A stretch of 64,000 nt of DNA, taken from positions 44,826,001 through 44,890,000 of the forward strand of contig OX597822.1 of NCBI GenBank assembly GCA_951406725.2. The letters run 5' to 3'. Shown here piece by piece: positions 14,040 to 28,658 of the stretch. The first letter of the stretch is position 1. Every line of letters starts with the position of its first letter. Source of the stretch: Octopus vulgaris. Taxonomy: Eukaryota. Both the position numbers and the translations under genes were made by a program. The notes beneath the pieces are model-generated. The model worked only from the letters and a program-made list of their open reading frames with translations. It was not told where the DNA came from and searched no databases.

Positions 14040-14108
<69 letters not shown>

Positions 14109-14245
14109 TATACTTATACAACAGGCTTATTTCAGTTTTCGACTACCAAATCCACTCACAAGGCTTTGGTCGGCCCGAGACTATAGTAGAACGCACTTGC
14201 CCAAGGTGCCACGACCACGTGTTCGTGAAGCGAACTAGTTACCAA
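13790..14245 (-). mobile_element. SINE family D with internal (CA)n(TA)n
   Basis: Tail ttgtttcagtcatttgactgcggccatgctggggcaccgcc; head aaatccactcacaaggctttggtcggcccg...cttgcccaaggtgccacg. Confidence 0.85.
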
Positions 14246-14283
14246 ATACCCACTTCTGAGACTATATATTTACATATACATAT

Positions 14284-14339
<56 letters not shown>

Positions 14340-14416
14340 GTATATATATGTTTGTGTGTATTTATAACATCCTTCAAAATGGTGTCCAAACATGGCCGCA
14401 ATCCGATATCTTAAAC

Positions 14417-14572
14417 ATGGCTGCGTGTTCAGTAGCTTGTTTACCAACCACATTGTTCCGGGTTCAGTCCGTCCCACTTCCTGTAGCCTTGGTCAAGTAT
14501 CTTCTACTTTAGTCTCGGGGGAACAAAGGTTTGTGTATGGATTTGGTAGACGGAAACTGAAAGAAGCCCTTC

Positions 14573-14620
<48 letters not shown>

Positions 14621-14808
14621 ATATATATATGTATATATGGGGGGGTGATAATCGCCCCACTATCATTTGACATCAGACGTTGACGTGTTTACGTCCCCGT
14701 AACTTAGCGGTTCGGTAAAATAGACCCATAGAATATGTACAATGTTTACAAAGAATAACTCCTGGGGTCGCCGCTGTCAACTGACTGAAACAAGTAAAAG
14801 AATAAAAG
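14417..14808 (+). mobile_element. SINE family D, head-to-head with the previous copy
   Basis: tggctgcgtg...gttccgggttcagtcc...gatttggtagacggaaactgaaagaagccc-(TA)n-...cttagcggttcg...gactgaaacaagtaaaag. Confidence 0.85.
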
Positions 14809-14819
14809 AATATATACAT

Positions 14820-14922
14820 AAATACACACACACAGACATAAATACATAGATAGATACATACTTGCATGCATGCATACATACATACATACATACATACATA
14901 CATACATACATACATACATACA

Positions 14923-14956
<34 letters not shown>

Positions 14957-15210
14957 CATACATACATACATGCATACATAGATACATACATACATACATA
15001 CATACATACATACATACATAATACATACATGCATGCATACATAAATAAATACATGCATGCATACATACATAAATACATACAAACATACATACATACATAC
15101 ATACGTACATACGTACATACATACATACATACATACATACATACATACATACGTACATACATACATACATACATACATACATACATACAAACATACATAC
15201 ATACATACAT
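14820..15210. repeat. (TACA)n microsatellite
   Basis: Direct inspection. Confidence 0.95.
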
Positions 15211-15692
15211 GCCCCTTGTAGCTGTGAATGGGCACCCTTATTCTCCTGGCAATCTATATTTTTAGACTCAGTTCGCAACTGTTTATATGGATGTCCAATA
15301 GCATCCCTACATATTTAATTGAGAGACAAGCATCTCGGTAAATAAACAGGCATAAATTATAAGCCCTTAAGTCCATAGAATCTTTAAAACACAAGATTAT
15401 GCCGCCCCAGCTTGGCCGAAAACCAGTTACTTATAGAAGAATGCATAGTTATAAGTACATATATAAAGTCATACATACACACATAGTTGTATAACTATAT
15501 ACACATGCGCATACAAACAAGTATATACATATTCACACACATATACACAAAAATGTGCATGTATACACACACCAACACCTACACAAAAATGTGCATGTAT
15601 ACACACACCAACACCTACACAAATTCATATGTATGCATATTCTCTATATGTGTATATGTATGTATATATATGAACGTATAAATGCATATATG

Positions 15693-15789
<97 letters not shown>

Positions 15790-16465
15790 GTGTATATATA
15801 TATACATATATACATATATACATATATATACACACACATACATATGTGTGTGTGTGTGTGTGTATATATACACAAACAAACGTACGAACATATACAAAAG
15901 TATACATTCAAATGCCGCTATCGAACAGCAATTAATCCGTAGGTCGACTAATTACTTTGAGCAATTATTACTGTTAACAATGTCATTAATGAGACACGTG
16001 ACTAGATGTGGGGGTGAACATGGAGTCTGTTGATATGCCACAGTTAGAAACGGCAATAATTATCGCTACAAGACTGCAGCGACGTTGTTTATATGAGACA
16101 TCAAGAAATAGAACAAGCACTAGAAATGTAGCTACCATAACAAATAGTGGTTGATACGATAGAGGCAAGAATAACGATAATAAAAAGAGCTACGTCACTA
16201 ACAATAACAGAAGAGAAGAGCGTCGTAAATTGCTTGAAGCATTGTAGTACAGATGTAGAAAATGACAGAATCTAAGTAAATACATATTATTTTTTAACTG
16301 TACTCTTCTGGATATAGGCATTTGCACCTGAAATACAAATGTTTTTTTTAAAATTTTTAAACTTTCTCCATTATTAGAAACTTTAATTATTTCTCATTTT
16401 TTTCGTTTTCTTTTAGTTCAGTAACAATAGTTTTTGTAGATTGTTGATATAAATAAAATGATATA

Positions 16466-16704
16466 TGCACCCTGTTAAAGCCTAGCTAGGCTCATGGGTC
16501 AGGTTTCCCGGTTTCTTTGGCGTATGCGTTCCCCAGCTGGACGGGACGCCAGTCCATCGCAGCGTTACTCATTTTTGCCAGTTGAGTGAACTGGAGCAAC
16601 GCGAAATGAAGTGATTTGCTCAAGAACACAACGCGTCGCCCAGTCCAGGAATCGAAACCACAATCTTACGATCATGATGCTGACCACTAAGCCACGCACC
16701 TCCA
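16466..16704 (-). mobile_element. tRNA-derived SINE family B
   Basis: Reverse complement of 32889-33160; A-box tggcttagtgg, B-box ggtttcgattcc. Confidence 0.9.
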
Positions 16705-16773
16705 CAGTTTGCTAATATAGCAGAGCTTCATACAACGACTGTAATGACATCAATAACTACAATAGCGGCAACA

Positions 16774-16894
<121 letters not shown>

Positions 16895-16959
16895 TAACAC
16901 TACTAACAACAAGGATATGGAACTTGTTAACATGAATATCTATACAACAATAATATACT

Positions 16960-17375
16960 GACACTGAGAAAATGGTGAAGCGCCCTCCCATGTCATCAGG
17001 ACTATGTGAAGAATATTTGTCCGTATTACCGAAACGAACTTAGCGTCAAATTTGGAATTTATGCAAGGCGGAGACCCCATGCCATACGTGTCATACACAG
17101 TTCAGGCTTACAACACCTAAATACACAGCAACACAGTTACTGTTCCTCAATTGCTCCAGCTCTAATTAACATTATCCCAAAGAAATCAAAGAAGAAAAAG
17201 ATCCCATCACCTTCAAATGACATCTGGACCACATTCTTCAAAGGATACCAGAAAATCTACCGAGATATGGATACATGTCAGTCAATAACTCCCCACTTCA
17301 ATGCGCCATGAGACCATAAAAACCTGACTTTAAAATGACTTAAGAGATTCGGTCATCGGGTGATATTCAGTTAGA
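16960..17375 (+). mobile_element. 3' fragment of a second CR1-group LINE family
   Basis: Homologous to 41368-41680 (taacattatcccaaagaaatcaaagaagaaaaagatcccatca). Confidence 0.6.
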
Positions 17376-17379
17376 CATA

Positions 17380-17760
17380 AGGCGGCGAGCTGGCAGAAAC
17401 GTTAGCACGCCGGGCGAAATGCGTAGCCGTATTTCGTCTGCCGTTACGTTGTGAGTTCAAATTCCGACGAGGTCGACTTTGCCTTTCAGACTTTCGGGGT
17501 CGATAAATTAAGTACCAGTTTCGCACTGGGGTTGATATAATCGACTTAATCTGTTTGTCTGCCCTTGTTTGTCCTCTCTGTGTTTAGCCCCTTGTGGGTA
17601 GTAAAGAAATAGGTATTTCGCCCGTCGCTGCGTTATGAGTTCAAATCCGCAGAAGTGAACTTTGCCTTTCGTCCTTTCCGAGTAGATAAATTAAGTACCA
17701 GAGAAACACTGGGATCAACTAATCCCCATCCGACAAATTTGAAGCCTTGTACCTCCAACC
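17380..17760 (+). mobile_element. tRNA-derived SINE family A with internal tandem duplication
   Basis: ggcggcgagctggcagaaacgttagc...gagttcaaattcc...ttcggggtcgataaattaagtaccag; body restarts at about 17612. Confidence 0.9.
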
Positions 17761-17832
17761 AAACGGATATTCATTTAGACATGTCCTCGGCCATTTTCAA
17801 GCTGAAACATCTCAGTTTATCTAAGTTTATAA

Positions 17833-17942
<110 letters not shown>

Positions 17943-18129
17943 TTATAAACTTGGATAAACTGTGATATGTTTATAGAGAGAGATATCTGCCTACAAAATT
18001 TATGCACAATGCATTCGTTGGTTCGGAGCCCATTTACAAGGCTCTTGCCCAAATTGGTTTGCAATGGAACTGAACCCGAAATGCCGTGACTGTAAAAGAA
18101 CGGTATTTAATCACACAGTCTTTCCAATA

Positions 18130-18335
18130 ACTCCATCCAGTTATTCATCACTGTTTACAGTTCTTTACATTTGGCGTGTTTCTGTATTTGGAATCTCCGT
18201 TAGGATTGATAAATCGATCAGGAGACTTTTAATTTCCTGGTGCACTTTGACAATAATATCTGAACGATTTGTCTCCGTCTACCTTTGTGCATGAATCTAT
18301 GTCGCACAGTATGATAACTTTGTCATTATTAGAAA
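18130..18335 (-). mobile_element. Decayed RLE-domain (R4/Dong-type) LINE fragment
   Basis: Minus strand, with frameshifts: NDKVIILCD...NRSDIIVK...LLIDLSI, resembling ILWD...NRPDIVV...LIDVSIP. Confidence 0.55.
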
Positions 18336-18461
18336 CACACTCTGGTGTGTGTGTGTGTGTGTGTGTGTGTGTCTGAGAGAGAGTTTGTGTGTGTTTGTCT
18401 CTGTACGACCATCTGTGTTTCTCTGTTGGCATGCCATAGTGCTTAGTTTCCAATGTGTAAT

Positions 18462-18655
18462 AAGGCGCTGAGCAGGCGTAATCGTTTGCACGCCGGACGA
18501 AATGCTTAGCAGCACTTCCTCCGACTTTTCGTTCTGCTTACAAATTCTGCCGAGTTCGACTTTACCGTTCATGCTTTCGGAGTCAATGAAATAAGTACCA
18601 GTGAAATACTGAGCTCGATGTAATTGACTACGCCCCTCCCACAAAAATTTCAGGC

Positions 18656-18703
<48 letters not shown>

Positions 18704-18797
18704 TACTATTTTTATTATTATTATAATGATTATTATTATTATTATTATAATCATTATTATTATTATTATTATCATTATTATTATTATTATTATTATG

Positions 18798-18838
<41 letters not shown>

Positions 18839-19235
18839 GAAGGCGACGAGCTGGCAGAATTGTTAGCACGCCGGGTAAAATGCTTAGCAGTATTTCATCC
18901 ATCTTTACGTTCCGAGTTCAAATGTCACCGAGCTCGACTTTGCGTTTCATCTTGTCGGGGTCGATAAAAATAAGAACCAGTCACGAACTGGGGTCAATGT
19001 GATCGACATATAACCAGCCCTGGAATTTCTGGCCTTGTACCAGAGTTTGAAACCGATATATAATCCGTCTCTATGGCGTCGAGCTGTCAGAATCGTTAGC
19101 AAACCGGGTGAAACGCTTAGCGGTTTTTCATCCGTCTGTACGGTCTGAGTTCAAATTCAGCAGAGGTGAAGTTAGCCCTTCATCATTTCGGGGTCGATAA
19201 AATAAGTGCCAGTTGAACACAAGGGTTGATGTAAA
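18462..19235 (+). mobile_element. Three SINE family A copies (18462-18655, 18840-19055, 19075-19235) around an (ATT)n tract
   Basis: Repeated gagctggcagaat-gttagcacgccggg-gaaatgcttagc...gagttcaaat...ggggtcgataaaataag-accagt. Confidence 0.9.
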
Positions 19236-19603
19236 CAAGTAAAAGATAAAAGATACGCTGCTTTACTGGGTCGTTTCAGTTGCATATCACATTAGGTATA
19301 TACTGTGTTCTACTGTGTTAGCAGTGCTATTCAATCATTTTATATTTCCTATACAAATTATAGCCAGCACTGATTTTCTTACGAAGTTTCGTATCCGTAT
19401 ACTTCTATTGTATGTAAGCAACAACGAGCTCGAAGATGGAAAATGCGTAACGGCTGTGTGTCCCAATATCAGCGATGAGTTTGTAGATTGTTAATGGGTT
19501 GGACGGGCGCTGATGAAGGGGAAAAACCTACTAAAATATAGCATATACACCCAGTCCTGTCTTTGTCTTCGATGGCATTGTTGTTTACATTAATCGAACT
19601 TAT

Positions 19604-19815
19604 GGAAACGCGTGCGTTAGTGGTTAGGGTGTCAGCATCATGATCGTAAGATTATGGTTTCGATTCCTGGACTGGGCGACGCGTTGTGTTCTTGAGCAAA
19701 ACATTTCATTTCACGTTGCTCCAGTCCACTCGGCTGGCAAAAAGGAGTAACGCTGCGATGGACTGGCGTCCCGTCCAGCTGGGGAACACATACGCCATAG
19801 AAACCGGGAAACGTC
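19604..19815 (+). mobile_element. SINE family B
   Basis: ttagtggttagggtgtcagcatcatgatcgtaag...ggtttcgattcctgg...ctgcgatggactggcgtcccgtccagc. Confidence 0.9.
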
Positions 19816-19885
19816 TGTTAATGTCTGTTTTCCCATTTTCAATTTTAAAATATCTGTCGTTTCGGACATTGTTATTATCAGGGAG

Positions 19886-20275
19886 TGGAGGCGCAATGGC
19901 CCAGTGGTTAGGGCAGCGGACTCGCGGTCATAGGATCGCGGTTTCGATTCCCAGACCGGGCGTTGTGAGTGTTTATTGAGCGAAAACACCTAACGCTCCA
20001 CGAGGCTCCGGCAGGGGATGGTGGTGATCCCTGCTGTACTCTTTCACCACAACTTTCTCTCACTCTTACTTCCTGTTTCTGTTGTACCTTGTATTTCAAA
20101 GGGCCGGCCTTGCCACTCTCTGTGTCACGCTGAATATCCCCGAGAACTACGTTAAGGGTGCACGTGTCTACGGAGTGCTCAGCCACTTACACGTTAATTT
20201 CACGAGCAGGCTGTTCCGTTGATTCGGATCAACCGGAACCCTCGTCGTCGTAACCGACGGAGTGCTTCTATCATC
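19886..20275 (+). mobile_element. tRNA-derived SINE family C (single, apparently full-length copy)
   Basis: A-box tggcccagtgg, B-box ggtttcgattccc, ~300-bp body, terminal cgtcgtaaccgacg hairpin. Confidence 0.8.
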
Positions 20276-20399
20276 TTGTCATTATTGCAGGCAGAAAACT
20301 TTAGCAATATGAAGGTCAGCGCCAGTATTCCTGTTATTATCATTGCGTTTTAACTTCAGCGTTTACATCTCCTAACCCTTTTATTTTATTACTATCTTC

Positions 20400-22300
20400 C
20401 GTAGAGTTGCATGTGAACTTAGTCACCTTCTTGTATGTGTTCGTATCTTTGTATTTCTTCAAGATACATCACATTTTTATCTTGTTCAGTTTTTTTTAAG
20501 CATTTTATATTTAGTTTCTCCTTATTTTTCGTTTCGATGTTTTTATTGTCTAATAGTAAATATTTTTTTTATGTTTTCTAGCAGCATAAAACCCCTACAT
20601 CCCTGCATTCATGGTAAATATAATATTTGTACTTTATATTTTAAGTGTTGTGTTATAAATTTGGTTATCACCTTTTCACGTTTTTTCTAGCTGGTCTGCC
20701 TAATTCATTTAGCGACCAGTTCATAATATCATGACAATATCTTTTAGGTCATCTAAGCTATTGACACCTATTACCTTATTTTCTTTCTTCTTTCTTTTTC
20801 TTCTTTCTGGCATTCAGATCTGTTTCCACTATTAATCTCAAGCGTCTCTAATATTCAATTATAATCTTTTCTTTCATCTGTCTCCGTTTCCTCTGCCTAG
20901 TTCATTATTTTCCTAAGTATTTGTAAGTCTGTGTTTGGACTAATTCTCTTATCTCTGTTTCTTTACCTAACATAACGTTAGCGGTTTTAATTAATTTTTC
21001 TCTTTGTAATGTGGTTTGCGCATATTTTCCCAAATCGAATTACATAGCAATTCCCTTACTGATACTCTGCTCTGTAACAACTTATTCAAGTATTTGTTGT
21101 CTGCAGAACAAAGTTGTCGCTGCTGATTTCATTGCATTCTTCCTTTTCATGTTTTCCCTGTTCTCAATATAGGTTTAAACTTCCAGGAAATGTCTACTTT
21201 CTTCTGGGATTACTACAGATATCACATGGATTAATTAATATACCCTGATGATATTTATATTTGCATATGTTTCCAGTTCGTCTGTGTTGGCCCGATTTTA
21301 GTATTTTTCATTTGTGTTTTTGCTTTGTTCTTTCGTTGAGAAAAATATGACCGTTTCGTGTATCTTTTGATAGACCAGAAACAGATCTTCCTTCTATCGA
21401 TTGCAATTCTTTTACAATTTCTAACTTTAGATTATTGACATATTCAACATTTCCAACTTTAGATCATTCTATACCCACACGTATTTCTCTTTGTCGTATT
21501 ATTTCGACTTTTGTTGGTCAGTATTCTCAAAGTTTGCTAGAATTTGATTTTGTGACTGTTTTCTGATATTGTTTTGCTTTCTTTTGCTTGTATTAAATCC
21601 ATATTCCTCCTAACTTATTCTCTCAGTTTATAGCTCAAATGGGTTTTGCTTTAATAATTTTTCGCAAATTGTATATTTGTCGATTAATCTCTTTTGTTCG
21701 TCGTTTGTGTTTTTGCCAAAACTTCTTGATTTTCGTTGCTCTATTTCTATACACAACATGATTTTCGTTTTTCGTATGTATTTTCTTAAAATGGCAAATC
21801 TACGAGGATCCAAAATTACTTGTAAATGAAATATGCAATTTGTATAAAAACATATTTCTCCTGTGTCGATTTATATTTTCTTCGAGACAGAGAAAAAAAT
21901 ACAAAAACCTATCGCTATCTATTTGCATTTTCCTCATTTTCATTGGATCACAGTTTGTTTCTGACAACGTGCAGATATCCCTTTGTCTTATACTAATGTT
22001 TACATTCACCGTCTCTTTTCTGTTACTTTTGAACAATATCCAGTCTAAGAAATCCTAACTTCATCGCGCCTGGCTATGAGTTACAGCTGCAGAGGAAGTA
22101 GCTAATTATTTCTTTACATTTCCACATTTTCGATAGTCACACTATTCTACGTCATTATGTTTTGGTAATTTTTCGATGGAGTGGTTGAATCTTATATCGC
22201 AATCAGTCTTAGAACTAAGTCATATGTTTCTAAACCAATCTTGCGATATTTCTTTCGATATTGACCATATAGAAGCTTTTTTTGCCACCGCTTTATTGTG
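20400..22300 (-). mobile_element. Highly decayed LINE-like remnant
   Basis: About 2 kb free of microsatellites, strongly A-rich on the minus strand, only faint endonuclease-like remnants (MWNV near 22120). No intact ORF. Confidence 0.35.
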
Positions 22301-22594
22301 ATATTCTTTAATTTCACTGATAGGGCAATTTATAATATTTTCACAAACTCTGTTGTTATGTTTCTTGTCCACCAAAAGGTTTTGGTTCTTCCTGCCGATG
22401 TATTGTATTCGTTCGCCTCCTTCAATACAAAAAACACTTGAAACTGCTTCCGGAAGTGGGGCTCTTGTCGGGTATTCCAGGGAATTGAGGAGTGTGGAAC
22501 CACCTGTAAGCCATTGTTGTTCTCCAGTTTTCTCTGATCCAGAATAGTAAAGGTAAGGAGTCACCTGTTTGAGTAATATCGACTCATAACTGCC

Positions 22595-22792
22595 TGTTTC
22601 CTGGCTTCATAGCGTATGAATTCCCTACCTAGACGGGCTGCTGGTCCGTCGCCGGATTTATCCTTTTTGCCAATTGAGTGGACTGGAGCAACCTGAAATG
22701 AAGTGTTTTGTTCAAGAACACAACACCTTGCCCAGTCTGCAATCTTCCGATCATGTTTCTGACATCCTAACCACTAAGGTACGCACCTCCAC
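22595..22792 (-). mobile_element. Diverged SINE family B
   Basis: tttttgccaattgagtggactggagcaacctgaaatgaagtgttttgttcaagaacacaac...cctaaccactaag. Confidence 0.8.
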
Positions 22793-23371
22793 TACCTGTG
22801 TTGTAGCATCTATCAGGGTCCTACCTATGGGTTGATGAACATCTACGTAATTGTACCAAGAAGAATGTCGCTTACAGACATCCCAACCGACCCGGGATAG
22901 ATAAGGCCCTTCAGCTTTTTCGCTGCTCACCTAAGATAAGATAACCTCTACCAAATGCTAGATTCTGATAATTGGCTTATTTAAATTGTTGCTCCGTATC
23001 AAAGCATAGTTACAAGGACAGTTGTGTGGGCCTTGACGTACACAACCCATTTCCACTATAATAATATTCTTCACACATATTGTGCAACAAAGTAAGATAC
23101 CAGTCCCAACATCATCGCGTTATTTCCGTAAATTCAGTGGCGATAGGGAAAGCCGCAACTTCCACTTGTACCTGTACATACGCGATCATAGGTTGATGGT
23201 CGGTTTTTAACTTTGATTTAGCGAACCCACATTCGTTGAAGCGACGACTGATTTGACCAAGGATATTAGATTTCAGTTATTCTTTACAACATACTGTTGC
23301 AATCCGCCAGTGGACATTTGCAAATTCCTCGTTAAATAAAATCTTTGGGTGGTGTATTTTAAACAAAGTCA

Positions 23372-23760
23372 TTATTACCTCGCCCTTAGTGAAGGCGGAG
23401 GTATTGTTTCCAGTGGTGTTTGTTTGTTCGTTTTGTTTTTTTTTTTTTTTGTCCGTGGACAAGATATTTCAAGAACTGCTCGTTGGATTCGGATGAAACT
23501 TCCAGGTATGATTGGCCTCGTGACTAGGACGAACTGATTAGATGTTGGGATCGATCAAGTTCCAGACAACGATTCTGGATAATTTTTCCAACTTTTTCAC
23601 TTTATTTTTGAGAGCAGTCATGTTCATTTTTAGCATTCTCGTTTGTGAATGCAGTCGAGTTTATTTCAGATACTCTTTTTTAAAAATCACCACCGGCTAA
23701 TTGTTGAGAGGACGTTGGTGATGCCTAGGTGGAGGTTTGCGCTCTCTGAGTGCTCCAGCT
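23372..23760 (+). mobile_element. Non-autonomous Helentron/HINE-type element
   Basis: 5' hairpin acctcgcc...ggcggaggt followed by a (TTTG)n-like tract; 3' sub-terminal repeat ggtggaggt and terminal hairpin gcgctc-tct-gagtgc. Confidence 0.65.
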
Positions 23761-24407
23761 TTTATTGATTTTTTTCGCTAATCATGATAATTCATTTACG
23801 TCTACTTTAGAAAATTTTAGCTTATTTCAGGATAGCTAAAATATTGATGCGGATTTTCCAGTTTGTTTCTTTTTTTATGGACTTTGAGTTTGTTTGATTT
23901 TCGGGGCATCTTTCTCTGTTTTGGGTACTAACCTAATGCGTCTATTATATTTTCTTTCAGTTGTGCGAGTAGTGCTATGCCGAGTTCATTAATCCTTAAA
24001 CACTTGTATGTCTATGTTTTGTCTAGTCCTCCTCAACCCGTTATTTTTTTACGTAGCATAATATGTAAATGCGCCTAATAAAAATATTTTTCTGCACATT
24101 CTGATAGGATAGTGACGTTAATTTGTGTAACATATTCATATACTTTCCGAAGAGGTGTTTCTACTTGTTTAGATCTACTTTCAAAATTGAGATCGTTCTT
24201 ATTCAAAAGACATTACAACATATTTATACGGATATAGTTTCGTTGAGCATGTTCCGTAACCTTCTGAAAGTCATACCTAATAACAGTGAACAAAAGGAGT
24301 CTTTTTGAGGTATTCTTAGATTTTATAATACTATTATTGGCTGCAGCTGCACAATTGTTTGAAATTTACGTCTATCTTTGACATATTTGATTATTATTAC
24401 TATTCTT

Positions 24408-24516
<109 letters not shown>

Positions 24517-24545
24517 TGTTGTAGTTGTTATCATTATGTGCAAAC

Positions 24546-24745
24546 AGGTGACAAACAGGCAGAATCGTTAGAGCATCGGAAGACATGCCTGGCGGTACTT
24601 CTGACGGTTCTTTATGATGTGACTTCAAATGTCATCGAATTCAACTTTGCGTTTCATTCTTTTGTGGTCGATGAAATAAAATACAAATCCTGATAATGGA
24701 GTTCAAATAAACGGTATACATTCCTCTGAAAATACTGGCCACCTC
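24546..24745 (+). mobile_element. Decayed SINE family A after (ATT)n
   Basis: ggcagaatcgttagagc...gacttcaaat...aactttgcgtttcattcttttgtggtcgatgaaataa. Confidence 0.65.
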
Positions 24746-25350
24746 CATCACTGGAAATTAACATAATAATTTGAGGCATGGAACATCCAGAGACAAGGCG
24801 GTCAATTGCTTCTGTGGTTGCTCCACAAAAGCGGTTGACAAGATCAGAATCATTTTTAGAGACTCCTTTCTTGGTGGTTTCTGATCTGCTAAAATGAATT
24901 TCTTTGTTACTGACTTAACTTCACAGCAATCGACTGTGCGCCTCCTCGAAAATTCGGGGTCTTGTGCTTATAGAAGAAAGGATTATTATATCCATTATCA
25001 TCATCATAATCATTATCATGTCTGTCGTTGTCGTCGTCGTCATCAATACGGTCATTATCATCGTCATCATTATAATCTTCGTCCGTCAGCATCTTCATCT
25101 TTCTTATGCCAGTAAAATAATTGTCATCTGTAGGGGACGTAAATTTCAAAATGGAGCTATTTCATTAAGCATTGTTTGGAGAAGGAAAAATATTATTTGC
25201 AAAAGGAAATAATTATTTAATGATAAGAAAAATGAAAAGAAACAATAATAAGATAATCCTTCGCTCATCCACTGAAAATTACTTTCTCTTAATCACAGAA
25301 GCATTGATTAGATATTATAAAATCAAATTTTGTATGTATATATACATACA

Positions 25351-25386
<36 letters not shown>

Positions 25387-25518
25387 TGTATGTATATATG
25401 TATTATGTATGTATGTATTATGTATGTATGGATATGTATGTGTGTAGATATATGTTTGTATATGTGAGTGTGCAGATGTGTTTGTGTGTGTTTGTCGTTA
25501 TGTTTGTAATTATGCATA

Positions 25519-25563
<45 letters not shown>

Positions 25564-26747
25564 GCACACGCATTTATATATAATGTATATGAACATACGT
25601 ATATTTCTTTCTCCTTCTGTCTCTCTCCATATATAAATATATATATATACATGTATATATGTATATAAAGGTATATATATATATATATATATTATATATA
25701 TTTTTTATATAAATATATATATACATATACATATATATGTATATTTATATGTATGTATATATATATATATGTGTGTTTGTGTATGTATGTATGTGTGTAT
25801 ACAGCAAAGAAAGATAGAGAGCGACAGAGAGATGTATGTCTTGGTGTCCTTATTCTATTAAAATATTTCTCTCGTTTTAATAATTGAAACATTTTTTTTA
25901 TTTATATCATATCGTTGAAAGCAAAAAAAAACAAAAGATTAATAATAATAATAATATTCTTTCAAGTTAGTTATATCTTGTTTCTTTTCTTATTTTAAAA
26001 TTTCTCTTATGGCAAATTAATTCGCTTTTGTTTGCTAAATATTTGCTATATGTGAACGTTGCTTAATTGTTTGTTTTCCACGTTTTGAATCCAATTCAAC
26101 GATGTTTAAATATAGTGTGATATAGTATTTGTTTTAATATGTCTCTTTACGTATTTAACACAAATTCTGTCTGTTTGTCTGTTTCTCCAGTTATTCAATT
26201 ACTATTGTGACAAAACTTCTGCTGAAATTATATGAGTTAGAAAATTAAAATAGTATTCTACATAATAATTTATAACAAGCAGAAATACTGCATGTATGAG
26301 AGAAATTATTTAAAAGCAAATAACTCCAGTTTTCTTAGAAACCTTACCAAGAATTCTTGAAATATTTATAAAAAATTCTTAAAGTGAGAAAAATATATAT
26401 ATGTAGAAACTCGATATGATATTTTCAAAGAAAATACTTTAAAATCTATTGAAATTCAAGTAAATATTTAAAAAAATTGCTGGTATCCTTGATGGGTTGC
26501 TAAACTTCTTTCTCTGTGTAAGACGAGCGAACGAAAATAATTTTGTTATATGTTAGTGGTGCTGAAAATGCGGACGGATATCTAATATATCATGCATAAT
26601 GACATTTGCATAAGCAATAACAGACTAAAAAAATACATACATACAGCCTTGCGAAAAATTGATTGCAATATATTTATGTGAGTGTGCATTTTATATGCAT
26701 ATATATATATATATACATACATACATATATACATATATATATATACA

Positions 26748-26871
<124 letters not shown>

Positions 26872-28179
26872 GGAGAAAGGAACGAGTAATGGAAATGCAA
26901 TATGCAATGGCGTGTTTCACAAAGAGCCAATGTAGAAGATTCCTAATATATGAATCGTAGTGAGATTTATGTAGACAAGGAAAAAAAGTAATGATGAATA
27001 TAAACATACGTGTACAACAACATGGCATCCAAGGAGAGAAAGCACGAAAGAATATGAATCTCGCTTTCGTGTGCTGAAGAAAAAACATAAAACTGAAAAT
27101 GGAAGAGGAATACATAGATTGAAGGAAAAAGCAGAGTGAGAAGGAAAAATGAAATCAGAAGAATATCAGTATGGAGATGATAAAAAAATGTAATAAGGAA
27201 ATAATATTGTAACACCGAAGTATAATAGAATACTTCAGAACAATAAGGAATAAATTAGGCTCGGGTCAAGAAACAGGTGTAGAGATGGCGTTGGACACAT
27301 GCAATCAACAACACTGTAGTTCACAATATGTACCATAAGCAACGAGGTTGTTTCTGGTTTCTATCTAATCACAGGAAAAGCTAGAGAGAACAGCTAAATC
27401 TCGCCTCCAGATCAAACTCCTCTTTGTTGAAGCCCTCATCGACTTTTCAAGTTTTACTTTTAAAAAATTGAAGTTTGTGAGGGAGGGGCTGCAGCTCCAA
27501 AAATTTCTTGAAACGCGGATGAGAGACATGAGAATGGTCCAATTGAACGGTTGTGCTCTGTGCATTCTTCTGTGGAATGGAAGTCGACAACTAGAAGACA
27601 CTTGTGAGGAAAGAACTGATGCAGCCTGATTATATTCGGTGTAATGGTCACGAATGGAATAGCTGTGAACTCAAATTTCGTTCAGAGTAAACCTTTGAAG
27701 TAAATAACAGCAGCAACAACAACACAAACAATAACAAATATAATACAAATCTGATTGGTGTGCCGTGTATATTCAGCTCGAGAGATTCTTTATAAAATGG
27801 CTATGGATAAAACAGTTGGTCAAATAGTGTAGGCCAAACAGTGTAGGTCACGTTGGTAGAGATGTCCATTGAGAATATCCAAAAGAAATCAGTTTAATGA
27901 AGGCAAACTATCCGAAGCTACAAAGCCACTATCAAACATTTCCTTGTAAACGTTAATACACACGCATGCAAACGAACAGGCACGAAAGCACAAGAACGAA
28001 CACACATACACACACACACAGATACATACACAAATACATACGCACAAATATGTTTGAATGTGAGCGTGTGTGCGTGTGTGTGTGTGTGTGTGTGTGCAAG
28101 AAGTTTAAAATGTGTAGCGCGTCGTTGCTAACACTAAAAGATGTACAGATGTACAGCAACATACTTTTTACGGAGCATA

Positions 28180-28238
<59 letters not shown>

Positions 28239-28335
28239 AATATTAGGGAATAAATCCAAATTTACAAGGAAAAATCAGATTTAAGATTGAATCCAATTTT
28301 ATAATAAAATATTATATTATAATAAATTAGAGACA

Positions 28336-28538
28336 AAACCACTATTATGCAAATCAATCAAAGAAAGACTTAAGCCAATACATAAAATCTAAAATAATTT
28401 ATATAAATTAAAATGTAACAAATGAATAACCACTACGATCGTGGTTATTCATTTGTTACATTTTAATTTATATAAATTATTTTATATTTTATGTATTGGC
28501 TTAAGTCTTTCTTTGATTGATTTGCATAATAGTGGTTT
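28336..28538. repeat. Near-perfect palindrome: 98-bp arms, 7-nt loop, one mismatch
   Basis: 28336-28433 is the reverse complement of 28441-28538. A diverged single-arm relative lies at 52940-53030. Confidence 0.95.
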
Positions 28539-28612
28539 ATATATATATATATATATACTACATACGTACATACATACATAAATATATTCATACATGCATA
28601 CATGCATAGATA

Positions 28613-28658
<46 letters not shown>

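Noticed and set aside
15200-15450. Possible LINE remnant (YAAPAW); similar weak signals at 3380-4200, 7700-7950 and 27300-27940
   Set aside because: Motifs too short or decayed to assign without a search.
15545-15620. 36-bp tandem duplication; similar short duplications at 1080-1252 and 10163-10192
   Set aside because: Two adjacent units without unique spacers; slippage-type duplications, not CRISPR.
19886-19960. tRNA-like sequence
   Set aside because: No proper acceptor stem, and it continues into a SINE body; it is a SINE head.
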